Positions 47,921 to 59,372 of a stretch of DNA of 64,000 bases are shown here, piece after piece; the first letter of the stretch is position 1, and the number at the start of each line of letters is the position of its first letter. The translations under genes were made by a program, and so were the position numbers. This DNA comes from Blepharisma stoltei ATCC 30299 (Eukaryota > Protista > Ciliophora), in NCBI GenBank assembly GCA_965603825.1, contig CBFDEM010000055.1, forward strand, positions 248,001 to 312,000, written 5' to 3'. The notes below the pieces were generated by a model that saw only the letters and a list, made by a program, of their open reading frames with translations, had not been told where the DNA came from and made no database searches.

Positions 47921-48667
47921 CTATTCTACATGTGTAGAGTCATAATATTTGCGGCACAAATCTTTAGGCGAAAATCGCTTTTCATCATGAATTTCCCTTC
48001 CAATCCTATGGATTTTCTCTAATTCTGCCTGGCTGCTGAATTTTCTTTGTAGTTCTTCTATGCTTTCTTTTATTTCATTTAGCATATTCTTTAATTCATT
48101 CAAAGTTTTATTTGCCATTCGCAGCTTTTCTAAGTTAATCCCCACACATCTAATAGTAGTGGCAGCTCCAATTGCGTCTAATTCCAAATTATTCGCGATT
48201 TCTTTAGCTTGATCTGGATAAGATCTAGAAGTTTCATTAAATTCCAGAATTTGTTCAGAAATTTGATTTAGCTTTGAAGAAGTCTCTAAATAAGTTTCTA
48301 TAAGAATATTTCACGTCGAAAAAATTTCTTTGTGCTCCATTTTAAGCAAAATTTGGTTTAGCTCGATATACGGATTTTCCGATTTCAGTTTTAAATTTAT
48401 TTTGTTGAAGTTTCCGTTGCAGCTTGAAGAGTAGGCTATCAGCATAATTGTAATGGAGTCTGATAGCTTGAATAATTTGTGAGAAAATGTGCCTGTGGAG
48501 ATTTGGAAGTTTTGGAATGCTGCATCTAAATTTTGGGAGAGGCTGTCAAGCATGTTTATTGGCTCGACAATATTAGCAAATAGTTGGTCTACTTCAGATA
48601 TTCCGCTAACATTTATACGCATTGTGAGCAATACGCTAGCCTTCATTTTGCTGCTGCCACAACCCAT
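47921..48667 (-). CDS. Hypothetical helical protein with dual-acylation N-terminus (MGCGSSK)
   Basis: Two track ORFs are joined by TGA 48311-48313; 249 codons. Confidence 0.75.
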
Positions 48668-48933
48668 TACTGATTTCCAAATTTATAATACCAATATTGT
48701 TTCCATAAAAAAGAAAAATTTTTTTGTGCATGGTTTTCTCCAAATTGCATTTATATTTGAATTTATAATATGAATTTATGTATTAAGCCCTTCAATAAAA
48801 ATCTCCAACGAATAATATTTCAATAAGTAAGGCATCTATTATATTAACACATTTGTGCGAAATTCTAATATTGGAATAAGTAGATTTATCACTATTGTAT
48901 CATATTCGAAATATATAATCCTATTATATAAAT

Positions 48934-51270
48934 ATGCAAAGCTCAAAGCCTCTTGACTTAATTCGAATGGGGTGCATATCTGACGAAGAATATGAAAGGG
49001 CAGCACCTCAACTCGCAGACATAATAAAAACAGCACAGATGGCGGTTTGTCGTGATGTTATTTCTCTAATCAAAAAAATCATTAAAGATAAGCATGCTGC
49101 TCCTCCAGCCAAGCTTCGGGCTTTAAAGCTATTTCATGCCTGTATGATGGTAGCCAATACACATTTTTTAATATTTGCCCAGAAAAAAGTAATGAGTAGG
49201 TTTACCATACTCGCAAAACACCGAAAACAAATTCATGAGGATAATCGAGGAGATGACATGTTTGGATCTGTAAGTGGGGCATCTGATGAAAACAGAGAAG
49301 CTTCTAGAGAATTCTTGATATGTCTGCTGCAATATATTCAAACTTGAGCACAGAGATTTGGAAAAGCACCTGACGGGAAATCAAGTGCATATTATAATGC
49401 TTACACGACACTGACCAAAGAAAATGTTACCTTCCCGAAAAGAAGCTCCAGGTCTAAAACAAGTTCAGAAAATCATCAAAGGCCGCTGTCGGCAACACCA
49501 AAACAGAATAACCATATGATGTATGAAGGAAACTCACCAGGAAGTCTGGTTGCAAGCCATACAATAAAAAATACAGGAGGAAGCTTGCAGGTAAGAGCCG
49601 AGTCAACTATAAGCCTTTATAATGATTTGAAATCATCAGGAGGAGACAGAGAGATGATAAGTGAGTGCTTTTTACAGCTAAAGCAACTAAAAAAGGAAAT
49701 TGAAAGAGAGCTGGAGAACTCTGATAATCCAGAAAATATTGGAAGCTTGCTTGACATAAATGACAGGCTGCAGATGATTACTGACACTGAGCAAAATTTT
49801 GCGCAAGATTACTCGATGGATAGGAAAAAATATGATTCCGCTCCCTCTATACAGCCACTTCAACCCATCCGAAAACAAGAGCCTAATAATATATTAGATC
49901 TGGATTTATTTGGAAGCCCTCCAACAATTCCATCATCTCAATCCCCCTCATTTTCCAGCATGAACTATGCAACCTACAATCCTCGTCTACAAATGATGCC
50001 ATCTCCTGACCCTTACTCTCAGGACTATCCAGCTCTTTCGCCTACTCTTGCGAAAGCCACTGACTCAGATACTTTGAGATTACTCAAACAAGAAAACGAG
50101 ACACTTAAAAAAAGAATTAACAGCAGACAAGATGATGACATAAACCAAGCCAACCAATTGAATTTGCTCATGACTGAAAATATGCAGTTAAAGCAGGCTT
50201 TCGAAGCTGTAAAGCAGCAAATGTTTATGCAAGAAGAAAATCTGAGAAATTTAACTGCAGCCGGAGCACAAATAAATGCATCTCTTATAGAAGCGAACCA
50301 AAGTATAGAGAAATTGACAAAATTGCTAGAAATTAAAGAAAATGAACTCCAAAGCTTGAGGCAAGGAGGTCAAAAGCAAAATGGTTATCAAGCAAGTATA
50401 TCACAGCAGTCACTTCCAATGAATCCTAATTTATTAGATGTAAAAGTGCCTCCAAAGCGTGGGCCAGAATCCCAAAATTCGTCCCTGAATCCTTTTGATA
50501 GTGATTCTTCAAATGATATTCCTGCTCAGCCCCACAATTTTCCAATTCAAAATGCTTTATTTTATCGAATCTGCAACACTATGGACAGAGGAATTCTTTA
50601 TGACGATGAGTCATTTCAAGTAGGTATCCAAATTGTTCTAAATGAATCTGAAATTATGGGGATGATTTATATAGGAAACAAAACCCCAGTTCCTGTCACA
50701 GAAATAAACACAGAAGTAACCAGTTATGATAAAGAAGGACTTATTGTCCTCATAAGCCCAATTATTTCAACTGACACAATCACACAAGGCGCACAAGCCA
50801 ATCGCATGCTTAAAGTTTCTCTCAAAGATTTCACAGGCAAAATTCCCAAAATAATCATAAAAATCAAGCAAGGCTCTGATAATAAAACTTTATTTTTAAA
50901 TTTGCCTATCACAATAGCTAGATTTTTACAAGGAATTCAAAGGCCACCTGAAGAGTTTTGGTCTATATGAGAAAGACTTGCGTTTAAAGAGGAGAAATTT
51001 TCATGCCAAATGCAAGGGATTCGATCAATGCAAGAGCTAACGCAGCACTTATCGCTTGCTGGAGCATTCAAAATATACAGTTCACAAGAAATCCCTCAGC
51101 TTTCTCAAATCCAACTGTTCGGCGCAGGGCAAAAAGGAGCTGCTGTATTTTTCCTCTGTACAATAGACCCTCAAACAATGTCAGCCCAGCTCTCAGTTCG
51201 CAGTGAAAACTTAAAACTGCGTGAGTCCTTACTCGAAGTAATTTCAGCACAGATATCAGGTAAAGAATAA
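48934..51270 (+). CDS. Monomeric adaptor-like protein: VHS-like, GAT-like, coiled coil and alpha-adaptin appendage
   Basis: One frame through TGA 49345-49347 and 50968-50970 (779 codons). N-terminal KLRALKLFHACM...LLQYIQT(W); LLDINDRL; C-terminal RGILYDDESFQVG...IYIGNKT...GAQANR...LNLPITIARFLQ...EEFWSI(W)ERL. Confidence 0.75.
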
Positions 51271-51290
51271 TGTTAATCTTATTTTAAGAA

Positions 51291-52854
51291 CTAAATAGTT
51301 ATTTTCTTCCTCGCCAGCTCTGCAGTGTATTTTTCAGGGACTCCATCCTTTCTCAAAGCTTGAAGTTTTTCTTGTTTTATTCTTTCAAGCTTGTGCTTTT
51401 CGTCCTCAATTTCATTTCTGAGTTTTCTACCTTCTTCTAGATATTCACGCTGCTCTTGAGACCTCTTTTCGTCATTCGTAAGAATTTGGGCTTTAAGCTG
51501 CTCTGCGTGCTGTTTTCTGATTTGAGCTTTTTGTTCTTCCGTCATCCTTTCTCTATCAGCTGCTTCTTTTTGGGCCTGGATGATTCTTTCGAACTCGTCT
51601 CGCTCTTGTTTGGCTTGGATCAGCATACGAATTTCCCGCTCTCTTGCTTGATCTATTCTGGCTTCTTCAATTTCAGCGTTAATCTTGGCAAGTTTTTGGG
51701 CTTCTTGGAACTCTTTTTCTCTCTCTACTCTTTCTTGGGCTTCTTGGGCTCTTTTAGCTCTGAGTGCGTCGAGTTCTGACTGTCTGTCTTTGGCTCGCTC
51801 TTGTCTTTCTCTTAACCTTTGGACTTCTCGTTCTTTTTCAGCTTTAATCCTCAGTTGGTCTTCTATGAGTTCTTGTTCTCGTTTGGCTTTATCTAAGTTG
51901 TATTTCATAATTCTTTCATCTTCTTCTATTTCCTGCCTTTTTCTGGCTTCTTTAATAAGAATTGCTTTATTATTCGCCTGCTCAACTTCTGAAAGCAGCT
52001 TTTTTTGAGTCAGCATTTTTTCTTGGGCTTGTCTATTTTCTTCTTCCTGTAATGCTTCAATTTGTTTTAGCATCTGAGCCCTTTCTCTTTCTAGCAGCTC
52101 TTGCTCTTTCATTCTAATAAAATCGCGCTCTTTGATTTGTTCTTCTAAAACTCTTGCCCCTTGAATTCTATCCTCTTTCCATTTCTGCTCTCTTTCATCA
52201 TGATATTTAATGACTTTGAGCCTTTCAATTTCCATCATCAGATCCAGCTGTTCTTCTGTTTGCTTCTTTTCTTCTTCAATCACTTTTTTTTCTTTCAGCT
52301 GCTCGTCACGCACTGTTACGATTTTTGAATATAAAACCATTTGGTTCATGTGCTTGACGTCGTCATGCTCTCTATCAAGGAGGTCTCCGGCCTTTTCGCG
52401 GATTTTTTTCTTCTTTTCAGCATCTTCACGCTCAGCTTCAGTCATGGGGGCATTTCTTTGACGCTCTTTTTCCAGCTCTTGCATGCGCTCTTTTCTAGCC
52501 TTAGCAGCAGCTCGCTGCTGCTCTTTTTGCTCTTCAAGGACTGTTTGTTCTGCTATAAGCTGGTCTTTGGTTTTTAAAACTGCCGCAGCTTTCATTCGTT
52601 GAATTTCACTGAGTGGGATAACTGTGCTGTTTTCTGGGATGGTGCCAGCTTTTACCTGGGTTTTTATTTTATTTACTTCGCTTGAAGAGATCCTTGCTGA
52701 TTGGCCAGCTTGGGAACCTGGCTTTGAGGATTGCTTTTTGGAGCCGAAGAGAGACTCGTCGACATGGGAATTATTTGAAACTTTTTTATAGCTGGCGCCT
52801 GATTTTTTTGATTGGACACTTCCTTGGGAGCTTGGCTGAGTAAAATGTTACCAT
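51291..52854 (-). CDS. CFAP45: Cilia- and flagella-associated protein 45 (CCDC19); intron 52836-52851
   Basis: VDESLFG, DDVKHMNQMVLYSK.VTVRDEQL.EK, MMEIER, EKEREVQRLR..QE, DALRAKR, GVPEKY. Confidence 0.9.
52836..52851 (-). other. 16-nt intron immediately after the ATG (gtaacattttactcag)
   Basis: Required to put ATG 52852-52854 in frame with VDESLFG; A at -6. Confidence 0.8.
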
Positions 52855-53453
52855 TAGGAATACAAATTATGAGTTAAGAATAATTGAATTTTCATGTGAA
52901 GAAATGGCTAAAGAATTGAAAGCAGTTACATCAGATATAAAGAGTGCTTATTTTTTGCTTATTTATTAGGCTAGCTATTTGAGGTTTATAATTACAAGAT
53001 TCTTTAATTTTTTGAGATTAATGAAGACTGAATTCCCTTTCAATATGCTCTTCAAAAAATATAATGGAAAATAAGTGGCTGGCTTAATGATATAATTGAG
53101 ATTGCTATAATGTGAAAACTCTAAAAATCTTCATAAGAGGGTATAAATAGCTCTTATCCTCAAATAAAGTGGTATACTTTGAATCATTAAAGCATGATCT
53201 CTTCTAGTTTATTCTCACCAATCACAACATCCTTGATCATTATTGATATTTTGATATCTATACTGTATAAATAAATTTAGCATTTGCAGTCATTTAGCGA
53301 TTTCAGAATTTTCAGGCTGATTATATGCATTGAATTTTCAGCTAGAGCTACTTATATCCTAAATATTTGGCTTGAAGTATGGTCTATCCATCTACATTGC
53401 AGCTACATCGAAACTCGTTAATTATAAAAATGCAATTAAAAACCAATTAGTTA

Positions 53454-54428
53454 TTAAAAAGCTTCAGCGCTATTTAGCGGAGTTGGAATGTTTTGAGTCA
53501 TGTTATATAAAGCAGCTATCTGAATCCCATTCTTAAGAGCGTAGTCACTCCCTGTATATCCCCAGAAATCCCAGCATCCTTCTGGATTTAACTCAAGATT
53601 TACAGCGACTTGTGGGTAAATCATAATAATATTGTTCGACTCTGCATACCCATTAAGCTCGTTTTCCGTTATAAATAAATCCCCAATGGTCTCATAATTT
53701 TGTCCACACCCATGTATTGACATATGGACATTACAATTGTTTATATTAGTACCCTGACATCCTGTAGGAATATACATATACCCAGTCGTAGCCATAATTG
53801 CAATTGTAGGGTTCATATACTGAGTCTGGTCAAATGACTTCAAATTCTGCGAAATTGCCTTTACTGGAGCTTTTATATTTCCATAAATTTGGTTCAGAAT
53901 TAGCCCTGCTGCGTTTACATTGCAGTAATTAATAAATGGAGATCCCAAATAATTGCAAGGGTTTCCTGCACTATTTGTAACCCATGAATGCTCAGCGTAA
54001 GTATCGAAATTTGTGCTGATAATAGATGAACTAATGAAGTTTTGGTAGAAGCTCAATAATGACCTGACCACGTATTGGTTAACGACTGTATCCCAAAGAC
54101 CAGAAAATATCCACACTCCTTTGGTGTTTGTTTTTAAATTGTTCAAATTGTCAATAGTCCCAGAATTTGATTGCTCTTGAGCATATTGAAGGCAAGCTTC
54201 TAGGTTAATTAAGTAAGGAGAAGTCATACAGGCAGTTGTTGCGTATACTTCAGAACCCTGCGAACAATAATATGGGCCACCTGCGATGATTCCGGCTCCG
54301 ATACAGTCTGCTGAGTGAGCAATGTGCATTTGGACAGCCTGGAAGCCTCCAGAACTGATTCCTGAGACCGAAAAGTTGCGAGCTGAAGCAAAGGAGAGGA
54401 TTAGAGCAATTAATAAAATCTTCACCAT
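53454..54428 (-). CDS. Secreted poly(3-hydroxybutyrate) depolymerase-like esterase
   Basis: Signal peptide, SVSGISSGGFQAVQMHIAHS, GAGIIAGGPYYC, FSG.WDTVV, HGCGQ, AESNNIIMIYPQ, NPEGCWDFWGY. Confidence 0.85.
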   Translation of the reverse strand: MVKILLIALILSFASARNFSVSGISSGGFQAVQMHIAHSADCIGAGIIAGGPYYCSQGSEVYATTACMTSPYLINLEACLQYAQEQSNSGTIDNLNNLKTNTKGVWIFSGLWDTVVNQYVVRSLLSFYQNFISSSIISTNFDTYAEHSWVTNSAGNPCNYLGSPFINYCNVNAAGLILNQIYGNIKAPVKAISQNLKSFDQTQYMNPTIAIMATTGYMYIPTGCQGTNINNCNVHMSIHGCGQNYETIGDLFITENELNGYAESNNIIMIYPQVAVNLELNPEGCWDFWGYTGSDYALKNGIQIAALYNMTQNIPTPLNSAEAF

Positions 54429-54893
54429 AATAATTAAGATTAATTCTAAAAATAAGAGGCGTAGTGGTGCATTTAATATTATGTGGAGGGAGAAAAATAA
54501 TTTAGACCTTCTCAGAAAGAAGTATAATTTGACAATAAAGTTGGAGAATTTTAGAAAATCTATAATTTATAATTCTGATGGTTTTAATTATGATAATATC
54601 GGTTCATAAATTATAATCCATCAGAGAAATTTCAATTATATTTAGTGATTAAATTTTTATATATCAAATTTGTTTCTTCTTCATATAAAGAAGAAAACTG
54701 TTCAACTTTATGCACAATTATAATCAGTTAAACTTATTGCTTTATCATATAAAAGACGCTTTTTCAATTGCAATTAGATTGGTATGCTAAAAGCATTAAT
54801 CGGTGATAAAGAATAGAAAATCATTTACTAGTAATTGCTGATTTTTCATTATTTAGATTATGCATTTTTAAGATAATAATTAAATATTTTACA

Positions 54894-56249
54894 ATGAAAA
54901 ATTATATCGAGCCTTTCCAATCAAAAAACATAAATCCAAACCTTCATCCTATTCCTAACTTGGACGATTCTCTAGAATCGCCTATACCAAAACAGATACC
55001 TCTCTCAGCAGAAGTTCTTGCTGCTCATACTGCTAAGCAGCAAAAATCAGGAAAAGCATCATATATGCAAAAATTTTTACGCGAGCAGCGTCATGAGGCT
55101 GGCTATACTTCTCCAGATGCTGATTACTTATCCCATGACGGAAACTCTTCTCCAAAGCTTGATATCGACGCTAAAACTGTCAAATCTGATTATATTGATT
55201 CCCCACAAGGACTTAGATCTCAAGAAAACGATCTCCAAAGATCAGTCAGTTTTTCAGACTTAAAACGTCTTGAAGAAAACAGAAAGAAAAAAATTTTTAA
55301 GCCTGTATCATCCATTTAGATTCAATTTAATATAATCATTGTTGGAGACTCAGGGGTTGGGAAAACATCTTTTATAAACACTTTTCTGTCAATGAAATTT
55401 AATCGATTTGTGCCTGAGGAATTAGGCAACAATATGATTCGGTCTACAACAGAAATTAGGCAAAATTCGGCTAAAAAAGTCGTTGGTGATTTAACTTATA
55501 AAGTTAACATGATTGATACCCCAGGATATGGAAAATCGAAGAATTTTTCTAAATGATTAGAGAGTATCATAGGCTGCATAATTGAATCTGCAACTTTATA
55601 CAAGGAAGCTAAAAAATATGCTGAGGAACCAGAAGATACCAGAATCCATTTATGCTTGTACTTTATCGAAGGCCCAAGATGTAAGGAGAATGATCTTCGT
55701 GCTATGTTTCGGCTTCAAAAATATGTGCAAATTATCCCGATCTTAGCCAAAGCAGATGCATATTCATCAAAAGAGCAAATAGAAAGTGTAAAACGACATC
55801 TCCAGGATGAAATTTTTAATTTTGACATTAAAATATTCGATTGTCCAAGTGCACTAGGCAATGATATTGATATGCTGGCTAATGTAAAATATGCACCACT
55901 TCAGCCAGTTCCGCCTTTTGCAATCATTTCTGCCACGCAATTTATAGAAACTCACTCTAGAATGAAATATGGGAGAGCTTATGAATGGGGGTTCTGCGAT
56001 GTAGATGATAAGAACACTTCAGATTTTTCTATATTAAGTAGACTTCTTATGGGACATTTTGTAGATTATGCAATTAATGTTTCAAAAAGAATGCATAAGA
56101 ATAATTTAAGAGAGATTAAGAATAAAACGAGAAACCAAAAGCAAGCTAAACAAGAATTATTTGTGAATAGCAGTTATATTAAAGGACTTGCTATAGGAGT
56201 TATTGGGACGATAGGAATAGGAGGATTTCTTCTGATGAAAAAGAACTAA
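54894..56249 (+). CDS. Septin GTPase with C-terminal TM; intron 55305-55319
   Basis: FNIIIVGDSGVGKTSFINT, IDTPGYG, DTRIHLCLYFI, IIPILAKAD, PPFAII, GRAYEWG, SDF; tail GLAIGVIGTIGIGGFLLMKK. Confidence 0.9.
55305..55319 (+). other. 15-nt intron (gtatcatccatttag)
   Basis: GT..AG, in-frame TAG, A at -6. Confidence 0.85.
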
Positions 56250-56410
56250 TAGAATTGTAAGATTATATTTATGGTTAAATAGATAGATAGGTAATAACTC
56301 TATTAATATCTACTATAAATCAAGCCTCTACCTACTATATGTAATAATTTTATCATAAAAAATTATTCATTACTGACATATTTCGCAGGTAAAATACAAT
56401 TAAATTAACG

Positions 56411-57112
56411 TTATACGCTTCTGTAACTATCTTGAATCAACTTATAATACTTTGCCATCCTTTCTTTTATTTCCGAAGCCTTTTTTCAATTCTCACTCCC
56501 AATATTCGGTCCAAGCCCTCCAAACATCATATATTTGTCTGTTTTTATTTTCACATAGTCTCTCATCGTATAAGGCCTATACCTTTTCACTGAGTCAACA
56601 GTCGAGTTTCTCGACGCATAAGTGAGTTTTTGCGAGTTAATAGGAATTGGAGAGCTGCTGTTAGGCGGTGTATGCAAGGCTTGATTATCATCTAAGCTCT
56701 TTTCTTGAAAAATATCTAAATCTTCTTTTCCTTTAAAATCAAGTGACTGGCTAACTTTCATGTCTCGCCTTGATTTTTTATGATAATTATTTTGGATATA
56801 CACGGACTGCTGCCTTTGTTTATTTTTTATGGTTTTTACATCGGTAAATATTGCAGCCTTTTGTGAAGCGCTTGAAGTTATAGTGAGTTTCTCACTAGGC
56901 TTGATCTCTGGTAAAATTGGTGATTGCCCATGTAAGTTTTTTTGGTTTTTCGACAGTAAAGAGCCGGAGTTTTGATTGGTTTGCACTGAAACTTTCCCAT
57001 AAATCTGCGAATCTTTTATTTTCTTGTCAATTGGAGCTGAAACAGGTATATCAAAATTTCCGTTGTGCTTGCTGAGCTTTATTTTGAAGCGCTTGAGGAA
57101 GGTGCTTTCCAT
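56411..57112 (-). CDS. Hypothetical protein with JHY-like C-terminal motif
   Basis: YRPYTMRDY...FGGLGPNIGSEN(TGA 56486-56488)...KERMAKY. Ends TAA 56411-56413. Confidence 0.65.
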
Positions 57113-57142
57113 TTAGTTATTAATATTTTGTTAAATATGAAA

Positions 57143-57766
57143 TTACGTTGCATATGCGGCTGCTTTCCAGCCTTCAAGCACTAATTCAAGTCTTTTTAAA
57201 ACATTTTCCATTTCTTCTGTTAAATTTACAACTTCTTTAGGCTTGCTTAAGCTTGCTTGCCTTTTTTTCTTCAAATGGCTTGTAGGCATGAAATAAGGGC
57301 TTGCCAAAGCATTTTTTAAAACCTGGACCTGTGAGGTTGTTCTGCTTAAGGTTGTAATTGGTCGGTTTTGCATAAATTCATCTAATAAAGATGATAATGA
57401 TTCATCAATTGTGATCCTGGGAGTTCTACGACTTTTAGGGGTTTCTCTTGAGCTTTTTGCAGATGTAAGCCTATCAGTTAAGTTTAAATTCGGCTGAGAA
57501 GATGAACCTCTGATTTTTGGCTTTAAAGAGGTGGTAATATTATCTTTGTTTGACATAAATTTTTCTAGATCCTCTATTTGCTTGTCTTTTTCTTTTACAA
57601 GGGCTTTTAAGCTTTTTACATGATTAGTTAATTCACTGATTCTTTGCTGGAGTTTAGTTTTATCATCTTGGAGTTTTCTGATTTCAATGGACTTTTCAGT
57701 CAGAAGTTTTATCATTTCTTGGTTTTGGAGCTTTATTAAGCTTTGAGTCAGTTTGTTTAGACTCAT
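57143..57766 (-). CDS. Hypothetical coiled-coil protein
   Basis: Uninterrupted 207-aa ORF with a heptad-rich N-terminus. Confidence 0.7.
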   Translation of the reverse strand: MSLNKLTQSLIKLQNQEMIKLLTEKSIEIRKLQDDKTKLQQRISELTNHVKSLKALVKEKDKQIEDLEKFMSNKDNITTSLKPKIRGSSSQPNLNLTDRLTSAKSSRETPKSRRTPRITIDESLSSLLDEFMQNRPITTLSRTTSQVQVLKNALASPYFMPTSHLKKKRQASLSKPKEVVNLTEEMENVLKRLELVLEGWKAAAYAT

Positions 57767-58076
57767 TTGATTTATAATTTTAATAATAGAATGAAAATGG
57801 AAATTGGCAATCAGAATTGAAAAAGTATTATATGATTGTAGAAAGTCATTTATGCAAAGTTAATCTGTGAAAATAAGAGTTTGATTAAAGAAATTTTAGA
57901 CAACAAATGAGCCACTTTTTTTAATATATGCTTTTGTATATTTAAATTAAGACCCGATTCAAATTTTGACCAATTTTCTGCAAAAACTATTTTAGGACTT
58001 AAAATTTAGACTGTCCATTTAAAGCAAAATTTCAAAATTTAATTTAACTGAAAATTAAATTTTAATATTAAAACAG

Positions 58077-59270
58077 CTAATTCTCAAATTGGGATAAAGT
58101 TTTGATATGGAGTTGATTAAAGAAAGGAATAAACCTTAAAAATTTAGAAAAATCAATTGGTTCAAGACCAATTAAAGATTCCAATATTTTGAACTCGTTT
58201 TTCTTTTTGAAAATATCTAAAATCTGACCTAAATCTTTTTGTGTTATGACATTATTATGTGAATAACACTTAAAGATTTCTTTTAGCTTCTCTAAATAGT
58301 CACTTAATTCACGCAAAACAGAAGAACTAAATAAATCAAGCTCTACTCGGTTTTCATTAAAATATTCAAAAACACTACATAAAGCCATAACATCTTTTCG
58401 AAAAATTTTAGTTTTTTTTGTAACAATCCCCAGCACTCCAAGTATTTCTTTTGCCTTATCCTTAATATTTTCATAATTAGCATCCTCAATATTCTGATTA
58501 TTCACAAATGTTTTCAATATCACAAAATTCACCAAATCGTCTAAGTTAATGAACCCTTTTTGAGCTAAATCAATTTCATCGTAAACAGGTTTATAAGCAT
58601 TTTCAATAAACTCTAAAAACGTTGTCAAATCATTTGCAAGCTGCATGACCCAGCAATGTTGATTATTTGGAGATACCAAATTTACTTGTCTTTTGGACAG
58701 CATAATTGGCTGATAACTTACAGTATAGTTGTTAGATCAATTTTTTGATATTGGAAGCGGTCCAAATCTGTTTAATAAAAGCTTTGTTCTCATTCTTGCA
58801 AGTCATGGAGTGAGTGGCCGTCTATTAGATTGAAGCTTATAAGGACTTTTTAATTTAAATTCAAGGCCTTTTAGAGCTGATCTAGGAGATGGGCTATCAC
58901 GAGTTTGAACACATTTATCTGTAGGACTTGTTGCTGTTTTATTTGGGGTTGATTGATTGTTATCATTGCTTGATACTACAGATTGGAGCTCAACTTTTGG
59001 CATGTCGACAGTGATTTTCAAGGTTTTTTTAAAAGCTATTGATATGGCTTCTTTGTGCCTGGGAGAAATTTCTGGTAATAAAGAAATTTTTGGAGTGTCT
59101 TGCAATTTTTTTAGATTTGTGCGGATTTGGGAAAGGCCCAATGAATTGCTTATAGAGCGTCTATGAGGGATAGGCTGATATGATGTAAAAGAAAAGGAAG
59201 AATTGGCTTTTTCTTTTGGTCTAGAAGTATTTCTTGGAGTTAGTCTTAAAGTTTCTAATAAATTGCTCAT
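58077..59270 (-). CDS. Hypothetical protein with degenerate EF-hand-like C-terminus
   Basis: Two track ORFs are joined by two TGA=Trp; YDEIDLAQKGFINLDDL. Confidence 0.7.
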
Positions 59271-59372
59271 TTAGATATTAATTTGATTATTCTTAGGAAA
59301 TATTTCTAATGCAATTTTGGATTTTCTAAAGATCTAAATCATTTTTCAATATTTTCACACAATAACTATATA

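Noticed and set aside
51456-52577. Long antisense ORFs over CFAP45, TOP2 and other coiled-coil genes
   Set aside because: These are Ser/Phe/Leu-rich shadows of Glu/Lys/Arg-rich sense strands, with no independent motifs.
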